Virus record (IMG/VR): IMGVR_UViG_3300025083_000016
Coordinates: 9,848-73,847 of that record
Strand: one strand, 5' to 3'
From: a virus
Length of the DNA stretch: 64,000 nucleotides
Shown: positions 9,655 through 22,500 of the stretch, piece after piece
How positions within the stretch are numbered: position 1 is the first letter of the stretch
How the letters are laid out: each line of letters starts with the position of its first letter
Made by a program: the position numbers and the translations under genes
Notes under the pieces: model-generated
Seen by the model: the letters and a program-made list of their open reading frames with translations, nothing else
What the model was told of the DNA's origin: nothing
Databases searched by the model: none

Positions 9655-11793
9655 ATGATTATAATATTGGAACCGCAAAAAGATACATATGTTACGAACT
9701 TAAAGACAGTCAAGAACGATGGTGCAAAAGCAAATGTTGGTCAAGCTGCAACTTTAGATTTATTTAAACTCTATAACGAAAATAAAAATTCACACTCTTG
9801 GGCAGCATTTAAATTTACAGGTTCTATTGCTGATGAAGCACAATTAAGATTGATTGACGCAGATAATAAAACTGTTGATTTTATTTTTAAAACAGATGAA
9901 GATACAGTCGATGGTAGCTTAAATAACAGCAAAGTAATTATTGGTATATCTGAAATTGATGATGAAGGTGATTCTAATCCAAGTACTTACGCTGCTCAAA
10001 TAGCAGCTGCAATTAATAATGTTTCTACGTTTAATAACGATTTAACATTAGGAATAACTGCTTTTAGTAATTCAAACAATGAACTTGTATTAAAACAGAA
10101 CAAAGCAGGATTGTCTGGTGATACTACATTTACAGTTCCTGCTAATATGGTTCATGTTGGTACAACAAATACAGATACAGTAACAAAGTTTACAAGAATA
10201 GATTACAGTGCTGTACTAATTAAGTTTGACTTAGATGACTTTAAAAGTAACTGGATAGAACTAATAGATGATGATGATGGCGATGGTATTGACGATGGCG
10301 GCGCGCCAAAAGACGATTTGCCAGGTGCTTTTAGAAACTTAAAAGCAGAATTGATCTTAAAAGATGTAACTACTGGAACTACTAAGCCAAAAGATTTTAA
10401 TCTTGAAGTTTGTGAGCTCAAAAAAGATTTTTTAGAAGGACTAGGCAAAGATACAGTTCACTTTTCTGATAAATCAAACACAAATTTCCAGTCTTTTGAT
10501 GATACAACTAATTGGGAAATTGAAAGTTATATAACTTTAGGTACAGCTGTAGATGCTGAATTATTTTCACCTACTTCTAGCTTTACAGTTTCTAAAGGAA
10601 ATGAAGATGTTGTTTTTGACATTTCAAACTATATAAAAGAAAAGTTAAAGCAAACAAGTAGTACTATTAATGATAAAGGTTTGTTAATTAAATTTACAAA
10701 CAGCTTTTTATATAATATTAAATCTTACTTTGCTAAAAGATTAGGAAGCAGGCATTTAATTAACAAAGCACTTAGACCTGAATTGCGAATTAAAATAGAC
10801 GATTCTTCATACAACATTCCGATTGATTCTTTTAACAAGAAAAGATACTTAAACAATTTAGAAGAATTTTATCTTTTTAATATTTTAGATGGAGAACTTT
10901 CAGACTTTATAGATCCTGATGATGGTGTTTCTTTTACTTTAAAATTAAAAATTAAAAGTAAAGATAATAAAAAGGTTTTTGCTAATGTTACAGCAAACAG
11001 TACAAGTGGGGCACCTGTTGTTAATTTCAAAGGCAAGAAACTATCAGGTATTAGAAAAGCTCAACTAACAAATACCGATTTGAGTAAATTTAACAATGAA
11101 ATATCTAGTTACATAAAAAATGACAAACTTGAAGCAAACTACGAGTGGTGTTGGTATAAAGAAACTGATCAAACTACAACAATAAATGCTGGAGATTTTA
11201 TTGAAGGCAGAACATATAAAATAAAAACTAAAGGAACGACAGACTTTACACTGATAGGTGCATCTGATAATGTTGTTGGTATAGTTTTTACTGCTACAGG
11301 AGCAGGTACTGGTAATGGTACTGCATACCAAATTGAAAAAGTTATAAAAAACGAAAGAGTAGATTTTTATATTAGCGAAAATGCTAACGAAGAAAGATAC
11401 GAAAACTTAATATCTTCCATCAAAATAAATGAAAATAAATTAATATCAGATAATTCATCATGTTCAGTCGAAGTCTATTTTGTAGATACTAAGAAAGAAT
11501 TTAACGCAGTAAAAGTTCCGTTTGAGCTGCCTAGCGAAAACATAGGAAACGTTTTTTATCAATTAATAGACGTTGAAAGCGGAAAAACTTTAATTGATTA
11601 TGACAAAGGAACGTCAAATACGAGTCAAAATGCAACAAAAATGTTTTTTGATGGAGAAAAGTATAGATTTAATTTTTATGTTCCTAAAAAATACAAAGAC
11701 GCTAGGGTTAACTTTAAATTTATGTACGAAGATCCTATAACAAAAACGAAAAAATACATTTTTAATGAAAAATACTCAGTTAGGATTCTATAA
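9655..11793 (+). CDS. Putative baseplate/tail structural protein with inserted modules
   Basis: Position after gp6; beta-rich sequence; DDDDGDGIDD loop and a Gly/Thr module near residues 510-557. Confidence 0.6.
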   Translation: MIIILEPQKDTYVTNLKTVKNDGAKANVGQAATLDLFKLYNENKNSHSWAAFKFTGSIADEAQLRLIDADNKTVDFIFKTDEDTVDGSLNNSKVIIGISEIDDEGDSNPSTYAAQIAAAINNVSTFNNDLTLGITAFSNSNNELVLKQNKAGLSGDTTFTVPANMVHVGTTNTDTVTKFTRIDYSAVLIKFDLDDFKSNWIELIDDDDGDGIDDGGAPKDDLPGAFRNLKAELILKDVTTGTTKPKDFNLEVCELKKDFLEGLGKDTVHFSDKSNTNFQSFDDTTNWEIESYITLGTAVDAELFSPTSSFTVSKGNEDVVFDISNYIKEKLKQTSSTINDKGLLIKFTNSFLYNIKSYFAKRLGSRHLINKALRPELRIKIDDSSYNIPIDSFNKKRYLNNLEEFYLFNILDGELSDFIDPDDGVSFTLKLKIKSKDNKKVFANVTANSTSGAPVVNFKGKKLSGIRKAQLTNTDLSKFNNEISSYIKNDKLEANYEWCWYKETDQTTTINAGDFIEGRTYKIKTKGTTDFTLIGASDNVVGIVFTATGAGTGNGTAYQIEKVIKNERVDFYISENANEERYENLISSIKINENKLISDNSSCSVEVYFVDTKKEFNAVKVPFELPSENIGNVFYQLIDVESGKTLIDYDKGTSNTSQNATKMFFDGEKYRFNFYVPKKYKDARVNFKFMYEDPITKTKKYIFNEKYSVRIL

Positions 11794-14700
11794 TGGCTTT
11801 TGTAAATTCACCTGAAAATTTGAACGGGTTGTTTTCTTCTACACAAAATAATTTAAATTTTGATGCAAAAAGTTCTAATGATTTAAACACATTAATCAAA
11901 TCTTTAAATATTGTCAATCCAGATGATCTTTCAAAAGAAGATATTTCTTTAATATTAAAAAGAATAGATGACTACGAAGGTCTTTTTTCTACACAACAAT
12001 TAGAAAACATTGATTATAAGAATTTCAAAAACCACGTTTTTTTTGACTCTGCAGTTAATAAACTAACTTCTTCTTTTGAAAGGATTCAGCAGATACCTTA
12101 TGATAAAGATGAGCTAGAAAATATAAAGTTTTTTAATAAAAGTGACGGTTATACTAAATACATCTTGAATAGTTTATATCCTAAGAGTAAAGGATACGTT
12201 AAGTTTAACGGTAATACAGCATTAGCTGTTTTCGATGAACAAGGAAAAATTCTAAATGATACAAAAAATAAAGAAATAGGTTTATTAAATCCAACAAGAT
12301 TTAGATTTTCTTTTGACTTCTGGTTAAAACCTGAAAGTGTTGGATTTGCACAAAATCAAGTTGTTTTTAAAAAAATACAGATTGCGAACAATTCTATTAA
12401 AAACGGATATATCTGCTATTTAAATGAAAGTGGAGGAAATTATTATTTAAATTTCAAATCTATAGTAGATAATGTTGCTTATAACTCAAAAACAAAAATA
12501 ACTTTAGATGCTTGGCATAATATTGTTATAAATGTAAATATAGACAAAAAAGTTTCATTTATAATTGGTGGTGAAAATGTCTTGGAAAGTGACATTGTTA
12601 AAGACACAATAAACAGTATAAAAAAGAAGGCTTTTCCTTTAGAATTTAAATCAAAAAATATCCCTTTTTCTCTAGGCGGGATGTTTTATATAAATAGCGG
12701 AAACATTCAGAATACTTTAACAGATAATGAAAATATTGTTTATACAAACTTAACAGGAAGTATAGACGAATTTAGAATGTTTTTCAAGTTTAGAAGCAGA
12801 AATACAATCAAAAAAGAAATGCATAAAAATATTTATGCACAAAAAGGATTGATGTTGTATTTAAGATTAAACGAACCTGCAGGTAATTATACGAACAGTT
12901 GTTTAACAATAGATTATTCAGGAAACAAACTGCATGGATTAATTTATGATATAAGTCTTCCTAACATTGCTTTATTGACAAATACAAGTAATATCAAAAT
13001 TAATCAAGAACAAGATACATCATGGCACTTAAATCTAGAAAAAAAAGAAGACTCGCCTGTTTTAAATTCAGCGTATATTAATATTACAACATTAAGAGAA
13101 AATTTAATAAATCTAGCAAAAGATTATGATAATAATAACCCAAATTTAATTTTTAATATGTTACCTAAACATTATTTCTTAAACAGCTCTGACTTTCAAA
13201 ATCTTCCTGTGTATAGCAGTGACGATGCGTACACCTCTGGTTTGCAGATAACAGCTAATGATTTACAGATTACAGCAAGTCAATTAAATGCTTCACTTCC
13301 AGCTAATAGTGAGCTAGTAAATATTGTTTTAATATGGGCAAAATTCTTTGATAAGTTAAAAATGTATATTGGTTCAATAACTAATTTGCTAAACGTTGAT
13401 TATGACTCTTTTAATAATAAAAATGTAATTGCAATGCAAATTCCTATACTTTGTAAAATGTATGGTTTTGATTTTAAAGAAATATTTCCAACAATATCAA
13501 AGAGTAAACTAGATAATTTGAATCTTAATTACGATGATATTGTTTCTGAATATAGTATTCGTAAAATTCAAAACTTGTTATGGCAAAGATTTTTAATTAA
13601 CACACAAGACTTTTTAAAATCAAAAGGAACTATAAGAAGTATTGAATCTACATTTAATTCTTTTGGGATAGACTATAAAAAACTAATTGATATTAAAGAA
13701 TATTCTTACAGTAATACAATAACACAAGAAAAGAACTTTTATTTAGAAACAATAGATACTTTTTCGATAAACTTTGGAAACATAACCAGCTTGACGTCAA
13801 GCGGAAATTTCAGTAATGTAGTTGAAGGTCCTTCTAATAATAAATTACTACTAGAGGTACCAAACATAAGATCAAAGCAGACAGATCAGAGACTTGTAGC
13901 TGATACTATAGAAAAAGGTCTAGGTAAGAATGATTGGAGTATTGAATTGTTTTTTAATTTTAATGATTCTGTTAACAAAAAAAGATTTATAAATCAATCA
14001 AAACTTAATCAAATAAACAGCCCAGACTTCTATTACGATAATGTCCAGTATCTTTTTTATTTAGATAGCGGTGTAGAAGATGTTAATGACGATGGTGTTG
14101 TTATATTTGCAAAATATGAAAGAATTAATAGCTTTAATAGTAAACTAGGCACAATCACAATAGAGATACAACCAATTGCAGGTGGTAATTTTAATAGAAC
14201 AATATCATTAGAAAATGTTAATATTTTTGACGTTACAAAACACTTAGTTTTGACTCAAAAAAGAGAGGATAATAAACTTACATATAAAGCAACACTTAAT
14301 GACGTAGGTCAGCAAGTCTTACTAAAAAGTGCAATATCAAAAGAGTCATCTATAACAATAACAGGCGACGACTTAGATACAAGAATCAGTAACAACGAAT
14401 ATCTTTTCTCTAACGTAAATAATAACTTAAACTTAAAAGTAGGTGACTATAAATACTCTACGCTTAACAACTTAAACTCAACAGCTTCAAACAATTTAAT
14501 CTTCGAAGGTGAAGTTTTAAAGATCAGACTCTGGAAACACTGTCTAGTAGAAGAAGAAATTAAATCGCATGCAAGAAACATAAAGAACTTTAGCAAAAAA
14601 AATAATGTGCCACTTAAAACTTTAATTCTAGATACTGAAGTTAAAAATATTGAACGCTCTTTAGATGCTAATGATAACTTCTATAAATGGAACGTAGAAG

Positions 14701-15422
14701 ACATATCAGTAAATTCAGTTTTGAACTCTCTGGAAATTGAATCATTAAATACATGTATAGTTAAAACTAAAAACGTAGTTCAAACAGATAAACTTGTGAT
14801 TAAAAATAATAGTTTAATATGCAAAGTTTTTAATCCAAAGCTTGACGAGATTACTTCTAGTAATAAAGTAAATATTTTAAGTTATAAAGAAGAAGATAAT
14901 AAGAAGAATTTAAATAATTTTACTTCTTTCCCGTCAAACGAAATTCATTCTCATTACGAATATGACTCAGTAAATCGAGTAAGTATTGACATGTCTATTG
15001 TTAAATCAATTAATGAAGACATATCAAAGATAATAACAGACATGAATGATTTTTCATCTAAAATGTCAAATTGTATGTCAAAATATGAGTATCAATATAA
15101 AGATATAAATGATTTAAGAGAAGATTATTTTAGTAAATACAGCGATTCAGACTACATAAATTATGCCTCAGTAGGAAATATATTTAAGTATTTTGACAAT
15201 ATTATGTCTTCTATTCTATATGATATAGTGCCTAGTAGAGTTAGGTTTGAAGGTTTTAATTTTGTTTATGAATCACATGCTTTGGAAAGACATAAGTATC
15301 AGCATAAAAACAAAGACAGTATAAATACAATTATAAGTCACGAACAACGATTTGATTTTTCAAGAAATAGTATTTTATCTAGAAGAAGCAATCAGTATAA
15401 TGTTAATAGAACAAGAGAATAA
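11793..15422 (+). CDS. Baseplate wedge-like protein with LamG/concanavalin-like domains
   Basis: LamG-type motifs (FSFDFW, WHNIVI, GSIDEFRMF, LYLRLNE, DYSGNKLHG, and a second GEVLKIRLW). FLKSKGTIRSIE resembles the conserved segment of gp7/P2 gpI-type wedge proteins. Confidence 0.65.
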   Translation: MAFVNSPENLNGLFSSTQNNLNFDAKSSNDLNTLIKSLNIVNPDDLSKEDISLILKRIDDYEGLFSTQQLENIDYKNFKNHVFFDSAVNKLTSSFERIQQIPYDKDELENIKFFNKSDGYTKYILNSLYPKSKGYVKFNGNTALAVFDEQGKILNDTKNKEIGLLNPTRFRFSFDFWLKPESVGFAQNQVVFKKIQIANNSIKNGYICYLNESGGNYYLNFKSIVDNVAYNSKTKITLDAWHNIVINVNIDKKVSFIIGGENVLESDIVKDTINSIKKKAFPLEFKSKNIPFSLGGMFYINSGNIQNTLTDNENIVYTNLTGSIDEFRMFFKFRSRNTIKKEMHKNIYAQKGLMLYLRLNEPAGNYTNSCLTIDYSGNKLHGLIYDISLPNIALLTNTSNIKINQEQDTSWHLNLEKKEDSPVLNSAYINITTLRENLINLAKDYDNNNPNLIFNMLPKHYFLNSSDFQNLPVYSSDDAYTSGLQITANDLQITASQLNASLPANSELVNIVLIWAKFFDKLKMYIGSITNLLNVDYDSFNNKNVIAMQIPILCKMYGFDFKEIFPTISKSKLDNLNLNYDDIVSEYSIRKIQNLLWQRFLINTQDFLKSKGTIRSIESTFNSFGIDYKKLIDIKEYSYSNTITQEKNFYLETIDTFSINFGNITSLTSSGNFSNVVEGPSNNKLLLEVPNIRSKQTDQRLVADTIEKGLGKNDWSIELFFNFNDSVNKKRFINQSKLNQINSPDFYYDNVQYLFYLDSGVEDVNDDGVVIFAKYERINSFNSKLGTITIEIQPIAGGNFNRTISLENVNIFDVTKHLVLTQKREDNKLTYKATLNDVGQQVLLKSAISKESSITITGDDLDTRISNNEYLFSNVNNNLNLKVGDYKYSTLNNLNSTASNNLIFEGEVLKIRLWKHCLVEEEIKSHARNIKNFSKKNNVPLKTLILDTEVKNIERSLDANDNFYKWNVEDISVNSVLNSLEIESLNTCIVKTKNVVQTDKLVIKNNSLICKVFNPKLDEITSSNKVNILSYKEEDNKKNLNNFTSFPSNEIHSHYEYDSVNRVSIDMSIVKSINEDISKIITDMNDFSSKMSNCMSKYEYQYKDINDLREDYFSKYSDSDYINYASVGNIFKYFDNIMSSILYDIVPSRVRFEGFNFVYESHALERHKYQHKNKDSINTIISHEQRFDFSRNSILSRRSNQYNVNRTRE

Positions 15423-15440
15423 TAAACGAAAGCTTAATAA

Positions 15441-16514
15441 ATGACACTACCTAGACTCGACAGAAACAGTGTGTTCATAGAAAACAGAGAACATTCTATT
15501 GAAAACATTACAAGTGATTTACTAGATGCGACCGAAAAAGAAAAAGTTTTTTATTCTTATAATTTTTTTGACAAATCTATAAACACTCTTGAGATATCTT
15601 TGTTTGTAGGACTAGATTCAAGTTTTACTCAAAATCAAATATTAAATTCAAAATACTATTTAAATGACACAGCAACAAAAAGCCACTTCAATAATCTAAT
15701 TAAAGACTATCAGCCTTTTAACGAAGAAAAAAGCAACTTGTTTAAAAACACACAAATTAACGATGCTTCATCTGACAAGGGTGAGATCGAAGTATTAATG
15801 AATCCTGCTATAGTACCAAAGACTTACGGCTTGTTAACAGATGAAGTTGTTGTTTTAGGTGACTTATTTGAAACTTCTAATGATCCTTTCGAAGAAATGA
15901 TAAACCTTGAAGATATTAACGAATATTTCATGAGCCCAAGAGATCTAGTGTATCCTAGATACTATAATATTCACTCTTTGTCTAGACTTAACTCTAACAT
16001 AAGTGTTTTTGGTACATTAGAGTCTATAGATGGAAATTTAACGACTGAAGTTCCTTTGAAAGGTATGAATGTTGAGATTATAAACAATGGTATAGACTCA
16101 AGAAATAGAGAAATTTTTATATCAAACAAAATAACAATTCGTGAAATGGAAGGCAATGCATCACAGGCAAAAATAGAAGGATTTTCTGATCAGATTGTTG
16201 AAGATTTAGTAACAAACGACTCTTCTATGATTACAGTAAACTATGATTATGAAAATATTATTTTTAATGGTCAAAATATTGTGTCTTTCAATACAGGCGA
16301 AAATGTTTCTAGTACATCTGCTAGATTAACAAATAATGCATATTATTATAATGATGATGAATTAATAATAATACCTTTTGATGATTCTAGAGAAGCAGAA
16401 GTTTCTGATGCTGATTTTGATAATGAAGACGTATTTAGCCCGACAGGACAAACTACAAATAATATAAATGGTGGATCACCTGATTCTTTAGCATTCTTAG
16501 GAGAAAATGATTAA
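15441..16514 (+). CDS. Hypothetical acidic virion protein
   Basis: 357-aa ORF inside the structural operon. No family motif recognised. Confidence 0.55.
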   Translation: MTLPRLDRNSVFIENREHSIENITSDLLDATEKEKVFYSYNFFDKSINTLEISLFVGLDSSFTQNQILNSKYYLNDTATKSHFNNLIKDYQPFNEEKSNLFKNTQINDASSDKGEIEVLMNPAIVPKTYGLLTDEVVVLGDLFETSNDPFEEMINLEDINEYFMSPRDLVYPRYYNIHSLSRLNSNISVFGTLESIDGNLTTEVPLKGMNVEIINNGIDSRNREIFISNKITIREMEGNASQAKIEGFSDQIVEDLVTNDSSMITVNYDYENIIFNGQNIVSFNTGENVSSTSARLTNNAYYYNDDELIIIPFDDSREAEVSDADFDNEDVFSPTGQTTNNINGGSPDSLAFLGEND

Positions 16515-19500
16515 ATGAGTAGAGTCAATAATAGAAAAAATGTTTTTATTGAATCTGTAATCACAAATGCTGTGCCTACTAGAGACGTATCAAATAATAT
16601 TTATAAGTACAGCTTGACTTTTAATGTTATAGCAACTGAAACATGGTATGTAATTTACAAGAATAGTGCAAGAATACTAAGTGCATTTAAAGAAAATCAA
16701 ATTATTTTTTCAAATAGTATTGCTTTTTATGACACTGGAAACTCTAATACCAAAACATTACAAAGTGCACAGTTGAAAATTACAAGTGCTGACTATTCTA
16801 GTTATAATCCAAGCAAAGTAATTACAATAACTGCAGATGTTATTGTTTCACCTGCGTTTATACCTGTTGACGGTTCAAACAATATTACTTTTGTTTTTGG
16901 TGATCCTCCGATAGGTACAAATAGTAATACTATAATTTTTCCAAAAATCGGGGCAAACTCTTTAAAAAGTAATAATAATTCCGGAAGTTTAACAAAGTCT
17001 TTAAAAAAGACAGTAAGAGATGATAATTCTCTTATGGGGACTTTACCTTCTACAAAAATAACAACAGGTAAAATTCTACAAGATTTAAATGATCCTTTTG
17101 ACGAAACTAATATCATAGAATTTTCAAGTAGAGATAATGTTTATGCTTCAATTGGGTTACCTTTAAAACAAACTAATATTGATAATAAATTCTATATTAG
17201 CTCTGTTTTGACAGATGATGTCCCACCTAATTTAGTAACAGATCAAGCTACAATAAGTGTTTCTAATAAATCTTTCAGGAGTGCGTTTGATTTAGATAAT
17301 TCAAAAGTTTTTTCTCAACCCAATAAAATAGATAACTTAATCAAATACACAAGAAAAATAGATCCTGACAATTTGCCTCACATCGTTAAACAAGAATATT
17401 TCCAAGAAGAATATACACCTTTTAAAGAAGAAAGCTTTCATTTTGAATCAGACTTGACAACTGATTTCTATACTGATAGTGTTGACTCAGAAAATGGTTA
17501 TACATTAAGCGATCAAAAACAAATTAAAATTACTCTTGACTTTACAGATTCATTTGATTTACACTTAATGAACACACAACTTTCTTTTGTTTTGCCTAAT
17601 GCATCAAATAATAAAAATAGCTTTCTAGATGATGCAAATAATCTAAATAAGATAATTGATTTAAAATATTTTAATTTTCTTGATGTCAATCATGAAGATT
17701 CAAATTCTGATAATCATTATAGTACTGCATATAGCTGTCATAGCATGCCAACTGCATATTGGAATAATAGTAATAATAGATGGAGTTATTTAGACGCTGC
17801 AGACGAAAATTACTTAGGTTCAAAAATACCTGACACAATGACGTCAGTTCTTCCAAACAATTTTATTTTTGAAAGTGTTAATAATGAGCTAAAGTTAAAA
17901 ACTTCTGACGTTAATCTAAAAAATTATAGAGAATTTAAAAACTATTTTTATAATCGACCTATCCTTACAACACCTTCTTACAGAAGAGAAGGTCTATTTA
18001 AAGAAAAATTTTATAAGTCTGATTATTCTTTTTTTAATAGCGAAGATATTCTGGAAGAAAGAGCATGGAAAGATATTGAAAGTGTTAACAAATCTGCTAT
18101 TTCACAAATATCAGACACTTATGGTTTTCCATATCAAGCAAAGTGGCAGCCAAATGACAGTCATTTAATTGATATGTCAAAGTATATATCAAAAGACTTT
18201 TTGCTTGAAAAAGTTGTTTTTAAAGGTAAGTTTACACATAAAGGAGAATTTCCGACGCGAGAAAGACAAGTCCATAGTGGCTTTAATTCTTATAATGCAT
18301 TATCATTTCCGCAAGGAAGTGTCTTGGACTACAAAATTTCTTTCAATGGAACAAGATATACAGGCCCTTGGGATGAAGACGGTACTAATATTGTTAATAT
18401 TCCACCTTTAAATTACTATGATCCACATGCATATGATAATCCTAGTATAAACTATAAAGAAGATGGGGAAAACTATGCATCGAACTCAATAACTTTTTTC
18501 ATATTAAACGAGAAGAAAGAAAAAAGTTATTTAAAAAGCAAGTCTGAAACTGAAGAGATGCAACATTTTTCTTTTATCTTTACTGATGATTTGAATGTAG
18601 GTATAGAAAACATTTCTTATTTAGTAAAAAGTAGACATGATTTAGACAGGCTTTCAGGAGATTATCACGAGTATATCGATTTCCCGAGTTATTCTTTTAA
18701 ACAAAGTTTTATTTTAAATATTGACAACAGTGACGATAAGATTAGAGTTAAAAATTATTCTTTTGAAAACAACAGACTTAATTCACTTGATAGTTTTAAT
18801 GAAATAAATAAAAATGTTTTAGCAGCAGGATTGGCTAGTTTTAATAAAAGCAGATTTCACTTTATAGATCAACATGATAGTGCTGATGGTGTGAACTTTA
18901 TTGACAATCTATATTACAAAAAACTAGAAAGAGAACCAGTCTACGTCAATGGAAATATCGCATATTATAGAATCAATTATACAGACATTAATGTACCTGA
19001 AAATATTTTTGGAAAAATAAAATCTGAATCTGTGAATGAATTTGATGAAAACAGATCTAGAGAATTAGTTTCTTTTTCAAATCTTTTAATCACAAGAACG
19101 AAAAACAGAAATTATCTTGTTTATGACAACAAAACCAACTCAAATTACCAGAGTGATAATTCTGGAATTATGTTTGATCAAAACGTTCTAAAGACTATTG
19201 ACGAGCATAAAATATTACCACTTTTGAGCAATAATGCTGATGTCAATTTAAATGTAGAAACACCTCAAGAATTTGTTTTAAAAAGCTTGTGTAAAAATGT
19301 TGACAATTCAAATATTGCTTATCTTGATGAGTCAGAATATTCTCTATCATCTAATTTTTTTAACACAGGTGTTGAAAGTATTTTAGACACTGACTATAAT
19401 GCTAAAGTAAAAGACACAATAGTTAGTATACAATACTCAATTATACCTGATGGACTTGTTGATGCAACTTATAGTGTAAGCAACGCTAATAACAAGCTTT

Positions 19501-22500
19501 TAACATTTACAAGCGTGAATCATGGCTTTAACACAGGTGATTATGTATATTTCACAAATGATCAAATAGGTTATTACGGGGAAAGGATCGGGATTCATGA
19601 AAAAGCATATCAAATTACAAGAATTTCTTCAAGTGCATTTACAGTAGACTTGGCAAATGATCCTGATTATAATGCAGGTATAGATTCTGGAATCAATAGA
19701 AGTATTAAACATTCTATTAGTGCTATAGATACAAGTTCAGCTAGTTCTGAACTTGACAATATATTTGCAATAGATCAGGGGACTAACAATGTAGCTTCGA
19801 TACTTGGATATACACTTCCAGGAGGACCACTAGTATCACCTCAAAGTATTACTAAGATTTATATAAATTCAAAAGAAAACAAAGAAGACGTAAAAAGAAT
19901 CATACCTTTTATACAAATAAGTTTTTCTTATAAAAACAATACATCGTTATATGAAGATGATTATTACACAAATACTGTACCAACTAACAACTTAAATATT
20001 TCAGACTTTATAACGTATACAGATACCACTTCTGATTACAATTCAAACTATAATATTACTAACATAGATATTAATCTAAGATTTTTAAATACACACAAAG
20101 ACTTTTCTATTATTCAAAGCTTTCTAGCATTTGGAAAACAAACAGAGTCTGATACATCAGTTGTTTATCGTGCACCTAATGCGTTAAATGAGCTTCCTAA
20201 TTCTTTGACATGGTCACAAAACGCAGATTCTTGGGAAAATCTTACTTTAGAACAAAAAAGTTCAGCATTTTCTTTGCTTCTGTACTATGCTTTAACTTCT
20301 TGTAATTTAATAAGCAACGGTTATAAAAATCCATATTACGCAAATCTAGCAGATCATCCTTTATATGGATTTTTACCAGATTTTATGCTCCAAGAGAGAC
20401 TCGATACAGAAAAGTTTTTTCAGCCTAACATTGTAATATCAGAAAACAATAAAACTTTTAACCTCGTAAAAACAAATCACTGGTTTGATAATACAGAAAA
20501 AGTAGTTCAAATGCAGCTCAAAGTAATATCATATAAGCATTACTTTGAGCTTTTTAATCTAGGTGGGAGTAATGAAACAGGATCAGGATTTGAACATATT
20601 AGTAATACAAATCATGATTTGAGTGGAGTAGGCTTCTTATTTGGCGAGTTGAATAGTAGTATAACATCTAGTTCTTTTATATCTTTTAGAAATTTTACTC
20701 CTATAGAAGACTATGGAAGTTTTTACAAAAAGTCTTTATTAAAATATGAAAACAAATTTGTAATCCCTGAAGGTAAAACAAATGGTGAGAATAGTTTGAA
20801 TTTAGATTCTAATAGAGTGATAAACAAAAGAAGAATATTAGATAAACCGATTAATAAGTTTAAATCTCAGAGTGGAAAATATTTTCATAAAGGAAATGTA
20901 TATAACTCTACTGTATATTCAAATTATCTCTTGAAACCTGAAGATAATTTGGTTTTTGGAGTTACATCAAATTGCAACGGGCAAACAATGCCTACTGTCT
21001 TTTCACTTCATGATAAACTAGAAATAACTTTAATAGGTAGAGATTATGTTGACAATAACAACGAGTATAAAAATAATGAGTCTAAATCTATAAGGAAAGT
21101 TATTTTAGGCGACAATTATTCTGAAAAGCATAGAGCTATTTTAAATGAAACAAACAACTCTTATTTTGATAACATATGGAACAAAAAAAGTGTTGTTAAT
21201 TCCTTGAAAGAATTCAAAGAAGGAAAATTTGTAATTGACAAAAAATCTTCTAGGAAATACGGTTCATATACAGGGACAATCTCTCTTTTTGACGAAAAAA
21301 TCATTAAAAACAATAAAGCTTTATCTGTGTATAGAAAAGATACAGTGCACCCAAGTTTAGGCAAAGTTTATCAAAGCTGTTTAAATCTAAAAGCAGTTAA
21401 GAGCAGAGATATTAATTTTAATAAATCGTTAAAAGTGATAATTAGTGAAAACTTCAGTGATATACAAGGTTCTGTTAACGTAATTAACAAATGGCATAAA
21501 ACATTTCATTTGAATCAGTTTAGTACTTTCTTCAATCAAACTGAAAATATTTCTTTTGATGATACAACTTTTTCTAACATAGAGAATGATGATAATTTAA
21601 AAATAGAAATATGTTATGATACTAATTCATATATTGTTGCGCCTAAAGAAGATGCAATCAAAAATATAATTAAAAACAATGAAGGAAAAAGTTATGTTTC
21701 AAGTATTACAAATGCTGTTGACTCTTTCGATAGATTTACTAAGTCTTTTAAGACTTTCTGTTTGCCTTCTTCGAGCTTGAACAACTATCAAAATGGTATT
21801 CAAATACAAAACGAAGAGAATATTTTTGTATTTAGAGACAATACCAAATCATTCATTAAACATGTTTTAAGTAATAAAAATATTGTACAAAAAATTGACA
21901 AAAATGAAAAAGTCAAAATAGACAATCTTACAAGCTCTTTGCAGTATTTTGATTTAAACAACGTAAATAACGAGTCGCCTAGAAACTATGCAACACCAGG
22001 TGAAACGCAAGCTGTGATTGATGAATACTACAGACTTATTGTGTCTAATAATAAAAATTCAGATAGTATAATAGAATATACAAACAATATAAAACAAGAA
22101 ATATTAAGTAATGCATCAAGTGAGTATTCTTTTTCTCCTCAATGGCATCTAGTTTTAGAAATAAATACAACATCTTTTAAAAGCTTATTAAACGTATCAA
22201 CTCTTAATGATGATATAAGCACATATATTGGTAATACATACCATATATTTATGTTTGAAAACTTAAATGATGCAAATCCAGTAGAAAAATATACAAAAGT
22301 AATAAAAGCAAGTTCAGGTAAAATTACACTTGCAATTCCACTTTACTTCTGGGAGACAGGAGAAATAGATTTAGACTACTTAAATGTGCAAAATAATACA
22401 AAATTTGCCAGACAAGTACAAAAAAACCACTTGTTTGATTCATCCGGGAACGGATATGAAAATCACTGGTATGCAAAACTTTCTGATGGTACTGCCATAA

